A stretch of 63,233 nucleotides of DNA, counting the filler, from Rhabdomonas costata (lineage: Eukaryota): assembly GCA_019059605.1 (NCBI GenBank). It is 53 parts of 53 records of this genome, joined end to end, with 100 filler letters (N's around TTAATTAATTAA, not from the genome) between each part and the next. Parts side by side here need not be neighbours in the genome. Positions count along the whole stretch, not along the records: positions 22,707 to 23,801 come from JAHMHO010028872.1; positions 23,902 to 24,996 come from JAHMHO010028873.1; positions 25,097 to 26,191 come from JAHMHO010028875.1; positions 26,292 to 27,386 come from JAHMHO010028876.1; positions 27,487 to 28,581 come from JAHMHO010028877.1; positions 28,682 to 29,776 come from JAHMHO010028878.1; positions 29,877 to 30,971 come from JAHMHO010028879.1; positions 31,072 to 32,166 come from JAHMHO010028880.1; 45 more parts are not named here. One strand, written 5' to 3'. The position numbers and the translations under genes were made by a program. The stretch's first letter is position 1. Every line of letters begins with the position of its first letter. This document shows, in pieces, positions 22,753 to 35,673 of this stretch. Under the pieces are notes generated by a model. The model was given only the letters and a program-made list of their open reading frames with translations, made no database searches and had not been told where the DNA came from.

Positions 22753-23679
22753 CGTCTCTCCAGACACTTAATCACACTGGCCTCGTTGAAATCCACCAGC
22801 TTCGGGGGTCCCCGCTTGTTGTACTCATCTGCGAAGAGCTTCGCGAGGGCCTGCATCTCCACGTCCATAAAGTAGATCGTAAGGTCCTCGCGCGGGTTCT
22901 TCGACATCTTTGCAACGTACCTCTGCTGCGACTGGGAAGGGGGGCATGGGGAGAGAGCAGATATGCAGAGCACAGCTGCACAGCAAAGACACCGCCGGGT
23001 TTCTGCAAAACACACATACAGAACGCATAGCATAGCATCCGCCCGTCAAAATGAGGCTCTAGGCCGGGAATTGCTCGCCAGCTGGTTGTGGTCTATGTCT
23101 CTTCCGGGGGCGGGGGTCCGTGACTCCATCTCTGATCAGGGGATTGCTGACCCTTGTGTGGCGTGATGTGTGGGTGAGTGTGAGTGTGTGAGGTGCAGGT
23201 GAAATGTCTACCCAGGTGTTTGCGCCCCCGAAGCTTTCGTTTTCTTTTGGCAGGTTGCACATAGTTTTGTCTTTTCAATTTTTCGTGTTTCCGGACTGAC
23301 ACTCGGCAACTCGCTTTCCGCAATCTTACAAACTTACACAAAATCAATTCACGAGGCGCCTCGGCTTTACACCCCTCTCCAACACGTCACCCGAGTGAAC
23401 GGAGGACTGAGGCGCAGGTGGGAGGGGTGGTGGGGTGGGGTTGCCTGGCTTGGAGGGGTCCAGCATGCAGAACGCTGCCCGCATGCTGCCTTCGTCAAAC
23501 GGGGTGGCCTCCAGCACCACCAGCCCGGTGGCCTGGGTCCACTTGTCCTCGTGGACGTCGTAGGTGAACCTCACCACCTTCTCCGGGGTGGTCCCGGGGT
23601 CCACGAAGTGCACCTTGGGCGCACGGTGCTGCTGAGGCTTGCGCAGCGGCTCCGAGGGCTTGTGCTCCGCCGCAGACAT
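22753..23679 (-). CDS. Alpha-kinase (eEF2K/MHCK family), partial (exons ~23679-23445 and 22931-22753; junction phase unresolved)
   Basis: EKVVRFTYDVHEDKW...PFDEGSMRAAF and RYVAKMSK...YFMDVEMQALAKLFADEYNKRGPPKLVDF are alpha-kinase subdomain motifs. Confidence 0.9.
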
Positions 23680-23919
23680 GGCCGGGCCCTTTTTGACCCC
23701 TTGTGCTTCCTTGGGAATCCTTCCTAGGGACTCACTCTCTCCCTTTCGACTTCGGTCTTCTTTTACCTTACGCCCCCGATAGAGGGAGGGCAACCCCCCC
23801 CNNNNNNNNNNNNNNNNNNNNNNNNNNNNNNNNNNNNNNNNNNNNTTAATTAATTAANNNNNNNNNNNNNNNNNNNNNNNNNNNNNNNNNNNNNNNNNNN
23901 NGTGGTTGGTGCATGAAGA

Positions 23920-24950
<1,031 letters not shown>

Positions 24951-25128
24951 GAAAGAGAAAAAGACCCCGATGTGGTGGAAGCGACCACCCCCAAAANNNN
25001 NNNNNNNNNNNNNNNNNNNNNNNNNNNNNNNNNNNNNNNNTTAATTAATTAANNNNNNNNNNNNNNNNNNNNNNNNNNNNNNNNNNNNNNNNNNNNGACC
25101 TCCCCCCATAATCTTTTTGTACACCCAA

Positions 25129-26044
25129 ATGCTGGAAAGCTGGATCGAGCACAAGGTTGCAAAACGGAACCCTCAGACGCTCGAAGCGGCCTATGAGATA
25201 GCCTTGGAGATCTTTCGAGAGCCCGCCACGCGCCACAGGTCACCTACGTAGTTCAAGAGCGAAGCACAGTGCCACCTCCCTCATCGCCACTCCCAACATT
25301 CTCGTCACCGCCTCCTCCCAAGCATCAACCCTCTCACCAGCCTGGCCACACTCCAATGGCCCTAGAAGCTGCTCGCCGCATCATCACGGCATTTTCTCCC
25401 TGCACTCTCATCCGTGTTCACATGGACTTGGAGCTTGTGTTGCTCTGTCTGCCTCCACCTCCTCTAACTTCCATTCTTCTTCTTTCTCTTCTACTTTGAC
25501 TTAACCAAAAATACCCACCGAAGCAAATTCACTCTCCGCTCTTCCGCCTTGTGGTTTTGCAAGTACCACTGCTCCGCAGAACCCCCGTCAAGGGCGGCCC
25601 CAGAGCCCGGCACAAGAAAGAGAACGGAGAAGCTCTCCCTACCGTGATTTCGAGAGAATTAGCAGTTCGCCGCGCGACAGTCGCAGCTAATCACCGCGTA
25701 GAACACACGAGCGTGATTGAGACCGTCAGAGGAGTGACAGGAGCCGCGACTGTGAACGCAACCGCAATCGCGACCGAAACTGGTAGCGAGAGCGTGATAG
25801 AGTCAGAGACGGAAGGGAAACGCCACCCCGTAGAGACGCCGACGGACGCACCACACCACGTGAAGAGTCGTACTACCGTCCTAACCCGAGGCCCTCAAAT
25901 CCTTACCGAGACCGCCGAGAAGGCAGGCCTAATTCCCAGCGGTCCACCGAGAGAACCACAAGCCCCAGACCGCCAGTTCAAGAGCGCACCTGCTACGCAT
26001 GTGGTAAGGTTGGCCATTTCATAAAGGAATGTCCACACCTGTAA
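25129..26044 (+). mobile_element. gag: Decayed LTR-retrotransposon gag (capsid C-terminus, R/D/S-rich spacer, CCHC knuckle)
   Basis: RNPQTLEAAYEIA, then CYACGKVGHFIKEC (25991-26032); in-frame stops at 25688, 25718 and 25784 plus a frameshift. Confidence 0.7.
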
Positions 26045-26876
26045 TTTACCTGCTTCTAATTATATGCCACCATGAGCCGTGACATTCCTTTTACAAACAT
26101 TCTACCCTACGCCATGGATTTGCGTTGTATCACTTCAAATAATGGTTTTTCTCCTCTATCTTTTACCTTGGTTCCAACCTGTATATATATANNNNNNNNN
26201 NNNNNNNNNNNNNNNNNNNNNNNNNNNNNNNNNNNTTAATTAATTAANNNNNNNNNNNNNNNNNNNNNNNNNNNNNNNNNNNNNNNNNNNNTTTTTGTGG
26301 TCGACAGTTGGGTTTCGGCGTCCAGTCCACCATGACTTTGGCCCTTCTTTTTGTGTTCTTGACGACGAAAGCTGAAAGCTCCCCCCTTGAGGTAGACATG
26401 CAAAGAACAGGCCGAAAAGAAGCTGAAGCTCCAGTAAAAACCAGTTCCTTCACCACCGCGTATTTGCTTCCGAAATGGCTGATTAAGATTCAGAGGACAC
26501 TTTTTCCGGTTGTGAGTTTTTGAGGTAACGCGGACATTACATGCTGCGTGAGCATTGGGCTACGTTGTCATTAAACCAGCTGCTCTGTTGCGAGCCCTTG
26601 TTTTCCCGGTGCTTTTCGGGTTGCAGCTGCGTGTGGTGCGTGCGCGTGATGTAGTATCATAGCTTTTCAGAGTGTGTACCCCTTTCTTCCTCTGAAAGTA
26701 ATTCACAAAAATATTGTCCAACTGCACTCAGTCCTCCTTTATATAGGATGTGAGGGGGGGGGTCATATATGGAGACAGGTTGGTAGGGTACCTTAAGTCC
26801 TGCTACTTTCCCCCAAGTTATTTTTTGTTGTAGTACCTTTTAGTAGCTTCTTTTCGTGAGCTCCCAAGCACCGGAA

Positions 26877-26954
26877 ATGGCACCTCGCAGCCTTGATTTG
26901 CCCTCGCTCAGCGCCTTTTTGGCTCAAGCGGGCGCCCGAGACAAAACGGCCAAG
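26877..26954 (+). CDS. PEX11: PEX11-like first exon
   Basis: MAPRSLDLPSLSAFLAQAGARDKTAK|gt; L..FL.....RDK..K matches the PEX11 N-terminal motif, but only 26 aa are visible. Confidence 0.5.
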
Positions 26955-27568
26955 GTGGCTTGTTCCACCCCCCCCCACCCCGTGGACTATGCAACTGTTT
27001 TTCTTTCATCTTTTGCCTACCCTGTTCTCATCATCCTCATCACCCAACTGGTTTCACTATCGGACTTTTTGCCCAGTGTCTTCAACTAGCTCGATGTTTA
27101 CAACGAACAGGCGACTTCAGCGGTTTGAGGTCTCCAAATCCCTAGAATGCCCAGCGCAATGTTTGGATGGTGAGACCGCTGCAGTACATCTGCAGCTGTG
27201 CATCAACAACAGCGTCCGCATCAACAACAGCGTCCGCATCACTATCACAGTGACGCATCTTTAACATTCATGTAGAGGCTGGGATTCGGCTTATCTCCGC
27301 TCTGTCGTCTGTCGATTCTCCCCTGTCATCTCCCCACCGTCCCCACCGCCCCATCCTCCTTGAAGCACGACCGTGGACCACAAACANNNNNNNNNNNNNN
27401 NNNNNNNNNNNNNNNNNNNNNNNNNNNNNNTTAATTAATTAANNNNNNNNNNNNNNNNNNNNNNNNNNNNNNNNNNNNNNNNNNNNGTGGGGGGGGTCAA
27501 GACAGAATAACATTCCGGAGGTAAAAAGAGAGGGAGAGAGAGACAGAGGTGTACAGGCCATCGCATAC

Positions 27569-28278
27569 CAATGCAGCAGTCGCTCTGCTGGCAGCTCTGC
27601 GTCGCGCAAACCGTGCTGGAGGCCTTCGCGGTGTACCCCGAGGGGCAGCTCACTGAGGCGCTGCCGCAGGTCGGGTTGGCTGTGGGGCAGATCGGAGCGA
27701 GGGTGAGGGACCGCGGCAGGATGCCATGTCTCCATTTTTCGGAAAACCCAATAAATGCTCAATAGATGCTGTGGATAAGTCACCACACGTAAATCGCCTT
27801 TTCATATGAATTGTCAAGCTCCCCGGAAGGGACCGGAACGGACGGAAGTGCTGCTGGTTGCGGAAACTTTCGAGAATCAGACAAACCTTCAGAGTCGATG
27901 GTACGGCATTTAAGAGTTCCCTTCTTATTGCCTATTGCTGTGGGTTTTGCTCTTTCCTCTCAATCAAGCGTGCACGCGAGGCAAAAGAGTTCAAGGGTTC
28001 CCTTCCACCCAGAACCATGCCAGAAAAGACCCAAACAAAAAGGGTCGGAAAATTAAAACCGCATTGGATAAAAAGGGGAAAGGGCAGCGAAACACAGGCG
28101 GGGCGGGCATAGGAGTGCAGCACACAAAAACAGAAACAGGTAATAAAAGTGCAACGGTGCGCAAGGGGCATACGAATGCAGCAGTCGCTCTGGTAGCAGC
28201 TCAGCGTGGCGCACACCGTGCTGGTGGCCAGGGCGGTTGTGCCGGAGGGGCACGTGAACGAGGTGCACGTCGGGTTGG
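27569..28278 (-). CDS. Cys-rich repeat protein, one 6-Cys module per exon (exons 28278-28174 and 27679-27569)
   Basis: NPTCTSFTCPSGTTALATSTVCATLSCYQSDCCI and NPTCGSASVSCPSGYTAKASSTVCATQSCQQSDCCI; both are phase 1-1 exons (105 and 111 nt) flanked by cag/gtatgc. Confidence 0.85.
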
Positions 28279-30088
28279 CTGCACAAAGGTAATCGCAAAA
28301 GGAATTGCCCGCACACTGCTCAACTCCGCAGCAACTCGCTGTACAGCCAGAAACTTGTGAAGACCACCAGAGCGCCAAACCCATTGTGGTGACCACACCA
28401 AAACAGGAGGCGTTTGTAATTTTGGGGTGACCGGGATCACGATAAGGATGCAACGACCGCAGAAAAAGTTCGGAACCAGCCACCCGAAACTTTGTTTGGG
28501 ACGTGTAGAAAACGCCGGATCTTGGGTCACTCTTCTGCGGTCGTTGCATCCTTATCGTGATCCCGGTCACCCCAAAACCACNNNNNNNNNNNNNNNNNNN
28601 NNNNNNNNNNNNNNNNNNNNNNNNNTTAATTAATTAANNNNNNNNNNNNNNNNNNNNNNNNNNNNNNNNNNNNNNNNNNNNTGGGTGGGCTTCTGCTGTG
28701 GGTTGGGTGGGTCACTGGTGTTGGTGTTGTGTGGCTGGTGGGTTGGGTGGTGGGCGCAGGAGCGTGGAGTGAATGGGGTGACTTTGGGGCTGTGTCTGAG
28801 GCAGGGTAGATGGAGTGGTGCTGTGAGGTGGTGGGTGACTCTGGGGTGGGATTCTGGACTGAGGGTGTGTGGTGTGTGTCGGTCTCTGCGACCTCCGTTT
28901 TGGTGATTCTGGCTGTGGTTTCTGGTGTCACTTGTGATGTCTAAGATGAACCGTGCCCCTTGGGATACCTCAAGAACAACAAGGCTGCGTACGGCTATGC
29001 CTACTGTCCCACTCGCTACTTCCGTGCTCCACAACATATCGACGATAGTTCCCAGTGTCCTGAGTGGTACGGAGACGTCCCGAAGTTCAACGCCTGTCCA
29101 ACACAAACCATATGATGACGCAGGTACCACGGTGAGGCTATGCAACGTAGCGCGAAACTCAACACCTGAGGTTGTTCGTTAGTAGTGGTTAGAGGCGAGT
29201 CAGGTCATCACACCACAGGTTGGGCAAGGTGGTGTGACCTCTGATGGTGGAGATGAACCCTCACCTGTAGCGTGGGGTAGTAGTGCTGGGTAGGTGATCC
29301 AAGGTCGACCTGCTGTGGGCCCGCGAAACCCACCGTAGGGAACAATAAACCCACTCAACCCACAGGACGGAAGTGATGAAGGTAGGTGGCTAGCGGTGAT
29401 GGTGCAATGCCTTCCTTCATCCCACTGTGCCCGAGTCACGCATTCCATGGCAGTGGTTGAGGTGACATAGTGACCGGTGATGGCGTTATGCATAGGGAGT
29501 ACCGTAGTGTAACAATACCCTACGCGTAACCACCCACAGCATAACGTCAACACTCAAACCATGTCACCCGAACCCAGCGATGGATGTCGCCCACCCGTGG
29601 AAGTAGCGCTGATGGTGGTACGGTACACACAGTGCACAGTGCGCTCTGACTCACCCTCCACTTCCAACGCCGCAACCTGTGACATAGGTGAAGTAGTGAG
29701 AGAGGGAGGCTGATGCCGCTACATCCCACCACCACCGCTACCACAACACGTTGGGAGTAAGAGTGCAGGGTGAGGGNNNNNNNNNNNNNNNNNNNNNNNN
29801 NNNNNNNNNNNNNNNNNNNNTTAATTAATTAANNNNNNNNNNNNNNNNNNNNNNNNNNNNNNNNNNNNNNNNNNNNGGTTTGGTTTCTTTGAAGGCCTGC
29901 AAGACCCTTGCAACCAGGCTCATGCAGGCCTTCAAAGAAACCAAAATGCAGCCCGGGTCCTTGGAAATGAGGGCAGAGAAAAGAAAGGGGGGGGTGTAAT
30001 TGGCGGCGCTCGGCGTAACAGGCCCTCGGGTCAGTCCGGTCAGGCTTCGGCGGTCCGATTGAAGAGTCGGGGGGTCATTTCTATGTAG

Positions 30089-30807
30089 GAGACAAAGAAC
30101 CTCACGGAGTGGTACACTGACGCCGAAGGCCACCCCGTGTCGTTGTTCTGGACTCGCATTGCGCTGGGCTCGTACCGGGACTGGTATCCCGTCAACGAGA
30201 GTGATCGGGGTTTCTCCACGTGGACCCCGCAGTACGTGTGGTACGGGCGGCTTTGGCTGACCTACTACACAGGTCTGTCGCCCCATCACCCTACCCCGCA
30301 GTCTCGCAGCGCTGTGTACTGGTTTTTGTTCCCTCTCCGTCTTTGCTCTTGGAATGGAGGCCGATGGCAATTATGAGTCATTCCTAAGAGATGGCGTGGT
30401 CGCTTGCGGAAACGACCTGCGTGTAAGTGTCTCCCGTTCTCCCTCCTGGCCTTCGTTCCACACTGCCCGAGCGCCAGCATATCCCAAAACCTTTCCCTTC
30501 CCCATGCACTTCATCCCTGCTTTTTGCGCTGCACCGGTTTCCATTTTTATCCGCTGTCATCTCTCACTTTTCCCCAACAGGGATTTACTCCCCGGAGTGG
30601 GAGCTGCTTGGAGTGACGGGCTCGGACCTGGAGCTGGGCTTCCTAAACAGCATCCTGAAGGGCTTTGGGTTTGTGCCCGGGTACAGCGTGTACGTCCTGG
30701 ACGTTCGCTTCAGACGGCTTGTGGCCAGCTATCCTGCCTTACCCACCCTCGTCAGCTCCACGGGCACCATGGTTGAGCAAGGGTGCCCAAACGGGACCCT
30801 CTCTCAG
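30089..30807 (+). CDS. dCache-like extracellular sensor domain (exons 30089-30272 and 30581-30807)
   Basis: SYRDWY...WTPQYVW...LTYYT|GIYSPEWELLGVTGSDLELGFLNSIL...SVYVLD...LVAS follows the dCache_1 consensus order; the phase-1 intron keeps the frame. Confidence 0.75.
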
Positions 30808-33185
30808 GTCCCACCCTCCATCCCGCTCTCTCTCTCTCTCGCGTGTCATTGCTCGGCCAAAAAGGCCGAGAAACGGCCCAAACCAGCCCGAAAAATCCCT
30901 CTGGCGTGGCTCCAAACCGAAGCGTTCCGTCCCCCTCCAGTGCCGGCGTATGGAGTACTCCTCGGCTCTCCNNNNNNNNNNNNNNNNNNNNNNNNNNNNN
31001 NNNNNNNNNNNNNNNTTAATTAATTAANNNNNNNNNNNNNNNNNNNNNNNNNNNNNNNNNNNNNNNNNNNNGTGGTGGGTGTGTTTGGTGTGTTGTGGAC
31101 AAGGGCTTGGGCTGGGCAGACAAGCCTCCCTTGGATGGAAAAGGGCAGTCTAACGGTGTGCCCCACCGCCGATGATGATACCACTGTGGTTAGGCTGCAT
31201 GTCAGGCACTTCAGTCCAAATGAAAAGTAGCGTTCCCGTTTTCACCGGTCCGTCGATGATGTTGTGGTGGATGCTCGGTTGCCGGCGGAGCGACAACCAA
31301 TATTTTCGCGCGTTTTGTCGTCGCAGTATTGAATTCTGGACTTTTACTCTTGACTGCTTTGAGGGGGGGGGCAGCGCTTTTTCAGATTTTTGGGTAAAAG
31401 GTCGTGCTATATGGTTCCTCGTTCCCCAACACAGATAGAATTGTTTCTACACGCTTCTTCTTCATTTTGCAAATAATACTCTGTTATATAAAAAGGTGTG
31501 TTTGTGCTTAGGGGTAAGAAATTGCGCATAAGCAAAAAAACAACCTTCATTCCGAGTCGGGGAGCAGTGAAAAGATGTCGCTGCGGCGACATGCATTATC
31601 GAACATTAGATGAGATACGGGATGAAAAGGCGGCTGGCAGAAAAATCAGACTCAACAGGGTGTCCCTGTTGAGGGGGGCTTTTCCCCTCCATATACAGAG
31701 GATCGTGTGGTCTCGGGGTTGAGCTCGTCGAACCGCTTCCTGCTGCTCTCGGCGTACCTTTGCTCGTACAACCCCGAGGCGTCCAGCGTTGGGGGCCACG
31801 GGGGTGCCCGGCGCCCGCACTTCTCCGAGGCGGCAGTGCCCCACTCGCTGGCAGGCAAACGGGGAGTTCTGAACAAGGAGGTTCGCCGACCTTCCAAAAG
31901 TTCATAGTGCCATTGTGCCCGTGAGAAAACACTCATTACGTTGAATTGTCACTGTTCAAAATACCCCAAGGGCAAATGACGCAACCATTCCCTCATCCAC
32001 GTTCACGAACGCACCTTCATGGGTGCGGCAAGAAGGCAATTTACAACTCACAACAGAAAGGACAGATAAAGCCCAACGCGAACAAGCCATGACAACCTGT
32101 GAAACAGATATGTACGCGCATAGATATGTGAGCACGCGTGCGCGCGCGCGCGCAACCACACACCACNNNNNNNNNNNNNNNNNNNNNNNNNNNNNNNNNN
32201 NNNNNNNNNNTTAATTAATTAANNNNNNNNNNNNNNNNNNNNNNNNNNNNNNNNNNNNNNNNNNNNGTGTGTTAAGGTGGGGTGCAAGACGCTCAACATG
32301 CCTTTGCTGGTTACGGAGACTGTGGCGAAGCAGGTTCGGAGGATTCGTCTGTCTTTGTTTTTTTTCTTTGTGATGGGAGTTGGGGGAGGGGGCAGTAGAA
32401 CCACCCAGTAAAATCACCAGGAAGTGGATGGTTTCTTTCCGGGGCTTCTGTGTTCTCAGAGAGCAAATCTCCTGTTTTCTTGGTTTTCTGATGGTATTCT
32501 TTTTAGAGAATTTTCATGCACAAGTGGATTTAACGTAACCTCCCCCGCGAAAAAGAAACCGCTTTTTCTACACAGCTCTGCTTTTTACGCGCACACACAC
32601 ACCTGGGGAAACGTGCGGAGTAGATGTCTTGTTTTCTCTTTCATGGGGTTGCTGGGCCTTGTTGTACTTGTGCATTCGTCTTTGTTTGGGCAGAACGGGG
32701 AAAAGATTTGTAAATCGCCTTCCTTGCTGTTTTCAAAAGGTTTTTTTGGGGGGAGGAATGTGCTTGTTTTCTGTGTGGTTTATCAGGTTGAGTGTCACAT
32801 TCAATGCCTTCCTGCGGCAGTGCTGCGCTACCCCTCGCCTGGAGTGCTGCCGTGCTACCGCCCCACCCATGAGTTCGCCACCACATCTATCGATCAGGTT
32901 TGTAAGTCTCGCACCCACATAGCGTCGCATCCCCTCTCCGTCTCTCCGTGCTTCCTTTTTCTCCCAGACGTCCGGCACGATCGCTAACGGCAAGAAATCT
33001 CCCGCTTCTTCACTGGACACTCCGCGCTTCACGATCAAACCGCCGAAATGCTCGTGCTGCTTCAGCAGCCCACTTCTATGCCTGGCTGAGTCCTGCGGAA
33101 ACTTCCATGGGCCGTTCTCTGCGCTTGCGAAGATATGGTCACGTTCCGGCCACCAGTCAGGGTCGTGCGTGCTACCTCCCCACAG

Positions 33186-33345
33186 GAGTGGATGTACAAC
33201 CTCGCCCGGCGACAGCTGAGTGTTAACCAGCGGGAGGGCAGTGCGAACCTCGCCAGCGCGTCCCAGGCGCTGGACCCTCCTTCCCCTCTGGAGGCCCTGA
33301 CCGAGCTCTTCGACGGGTACCTCCGTCACCTCAGGGCAGGGACCC
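33186..33345 (+). CDS. Probable exon, unknown helical protein
   Basis: After ccccacag, GC-rich frame EWMYNLARRQLSVNQREGSANL...LEALTELFDGYLRHLRAG. Confidence 0.4.
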
Positions 33346-34773
33346 CCTTTGCCCCCAACCCNNNNNNNNNNNNNNNNNNNNNNNNNNNNNNNNNNNNNNN
33401 NNNNNTTAATTAATTAANNNNNNNNNNNNNNNNNNNNNNNNNNNNNNNNNNNNNNNNNNNNGGGGGTTTTTATGCTCTTCGCGGGAGAAGTGATGTTTGG
33501 GCAGAGGTAGCGGTAAACGAACGGAGCAGCATACATCTGTTTCGGTTGTATCCGAATCACCAATGCGCTGGACCCGTGATGTCCGGTTCTGAGGGCATTT
33601 TTGAATTACCTTAAGTTGGCATTGCTAGTCGTCTGAATGGGACCACGCCAATACCTTCTGCTTGTTCAAGGTGGAAGGAGGGACACACTGTCATGTATGA
33701 CTTGCACTTTGCTGCGGGAGAAATTCATTGGTTTGCAAGGGCTGAAACTGATTGAGTGCGAAGGTTTTGGGGTGTTCAACTTTTGACGTTGTCATTGCCT
33801 TGATCCTTCCAGCGCATCTCTGCCTCTGCTCACTGTAATACAGCGGAATAAGAACCACCCAAGCTCCTTGAGAAAATCTTGGTTTGCAGCTTTCGGTTCC
33901 TCGGGCATAGGACTCAGTTAGGCTTGCAATGCATGCGCGTGCAGTTAGGCTTGCGGCGTCACCTCTGTATCTCACCCTCATCTTCTTGAACTTGAGCAGC
34001 GAAAAGGCGATGCAGGATCACAAGTGCTTGCATTAATTTCTTGGCAGGACAGTGTGCTGGGTTTTTAGCATGGTTAGCTGTGCCTGCTCTGTTGGTTCCC
34101 ATGGGCTGTGCCACATGTGGTTTATGAGAGTTCCGAAACCAACTCTCTTTCACCATTCTTTCTGGCGTTTTTCTTTAACCTTTGTGGGTTCTCTTTTTTT
34201 TCTTTTCAGAATTTCCCTACTCGCCATTTGTATCCCATACCGTGTGCCTGTGCTTTGTGTGCCGATGTGTGTTTCCTGAAAGAACCCCACATTGTGTGAT
34301 ATGTCCATGGCTTGACTGATTTTGCGTCCCAGTCCCCACCGAAAAAAGCTCTAGTCTGAAAAAACCTTCCTCCCCGTCAACCGCGCCTCTCCCCAGGGGG
34401 ATCAGAGGTGGCCAGCAGAATGTTTGCGCCTCAGAAGCAGCGTCCACATCGCCGGAAGAAGCGCGGAGTGGCCTCGCGGTACCGTCCTGCCGCCCCCGTC
34501 AGCATCCTCCCTGAGGGCTACACCGACGGCGAGGGCGACGGAACGGACACCAAAACNNNNNNNNNNNNNNNNNNNNNNNNNNNNNNNNNNNNNNNNNNNN
34601 TTAATTAATTAANNNNNNNNNNNNNNNNNNNNNNNNNNNNNNNNNNNNNNNNNNNNTTTTGGGTGTAATTATCTTTACTCATGTTTCTTATTATATTTCT
34701 GAATATGTTTACAAAATATACTCAAAAACATAATCAGAAATATAATAAGAAACATGAGTAAAGATAATTATAC

Positions 34774-35430
34774 TCAAAACATAACTAGACACATAAGTAA
34801 ATGCCGGAAATGAGCATGGCCTTTGGCCATGCGAACCATAAACATATTTAGGTACTTTAGTACATGTATATCAAGATATGATAAGTTATATATTTCATAT
34901 TCTTTATCTGCTACTAAATCATATGGGTTATATATAAATTTAAGTGTTGTTACTTCTTTTGATGGTTTTACAATTACACAAGATCTTATAATTCGTTTAT
35001 GTAATAATTTACATATTTCATCTACATTTATATTCGTTATTTCATAACAATTATCTTCTGATATATTCGATTTTATTATTATACCTTTATTATATATTTT
35101 CTTTCTTCCTTCCGACATATAACTACATATATTATTCTTTTCTGTATCATGATCATGATCATGTTCAATATCATGTGAAGGATCACAGTAGCACATTTGA
35201 TACATTTCATTTGCAGTTTCATATATATCTTCAGTTGTTCCTGTTAATTCAGGTGTCATATTCAATATTTTTATAACATTATTCATAATTTCATCTTTAG
35301 CAAATTCTTTTATTTCTATAAAATCCTTTATATAGTCTTTAAACATTAATTCATCTGTAAATAATAAATCTTTTTTATTAAATTGATCTATTGTAAACTT
35401 ATTTTCACGTATTATTCCAATTGCATACAT
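34774..35430 (-). CDS. Intronless AT-rich hypothetical protein, giant-virus-like
   Basis: 218-codon ORF in very AT-rich DNA with I/K/N/Y/D-rich composition unlike the host exons; the last ~30 aa may be chimeric (adjacent fold-back). Confidence 0.75.
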   Translation of the reverse strand: MYAIGIIRENKFTIDQFNKKDLLFTDELMFKDYIKDFIEIKEFAKDEIMNNVIKILNMTPELTGTTEDIYETANEMYQMCYCDPSHDIEHDHDHDTEKNNICSYMSEGRKKIYNKGIIIKSNISEDNCYEITNINVDEICKLLHKRIIRSCVIVKPSKEVTTLKFIYNPYDLVADKEYEIYNLSYLDIHVLKYLNMFMVRMAKGHAHFRHLLMCLVMF

Positions 35431-35510
35431 TATTATTTGTTATATTTTTAATATCTTTATATATTTAAATTTAACCAATTGTGATTGCTATCATACTAAA
35501 CTTTTTTACA

Positions 35511-35660
35511 ATTTTTATTTCTTCAAATCTTCGAAATTATGATTTTATTTCTTCAAATCTTTAAAATTACAATTTTATTTCTTCAAATCTTTAAAATTAC
35601 AATTTTATTTCTTCAAATCTTCTAGATTATGAATTTATTTCTTCAAATCTTTGAAATTCA
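35511..35660. repeat. 5 x 30-bp tandem array with invariant 18-bp core TTTATTTCTTCAAATCTT
   Basis: Units start at 35511, 35541, 35571, 35601 and 35631; the 12-nt variable parts resemble each other. Confidence 0.95.
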
Positions 35661-35673
35661 TAATTTCAAAGAT
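35647..35673. terminator. Perfect 12-bp-stem hairpin ATCTTTGAAATT-CAT-AATTTCAAAGAT
   Basis: Hairpin seen directly; the terminator role is inferred from Mimiviridae hairpin-directed 3'-end formation. Confidence 0.35.

Noticed and set aside
27200-27241. 18-bp tandem duplication; also a 9-bp repeat near 21668-21700 and short duplications near 53929 and 62663
   Set aside because: Ordinary intronic or intergenic slippage repeats with no sign of function.
28946-29115. Cys/Tyr-rich frame DEPCPLGYLKNNKAAYGYAYCPTRYF...
   Set aside because: Protein-like but short, with uncertain splice boundaries and no recognised family.
31072-31098. G/T-rich contig ends as telomeres of nanochromosomes
   Set aside because: Not a fixed tandem repeat, contigs break mid-exon, and the 17-mer resembles amplification primers.
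35511-35660. CRISPR-like array (18-bp repeat plus 12-nt spacers)
   Set aside because: The spacers are too short, similar to each other (two identical) and no cas genes are seen; it is a tandem repeat.
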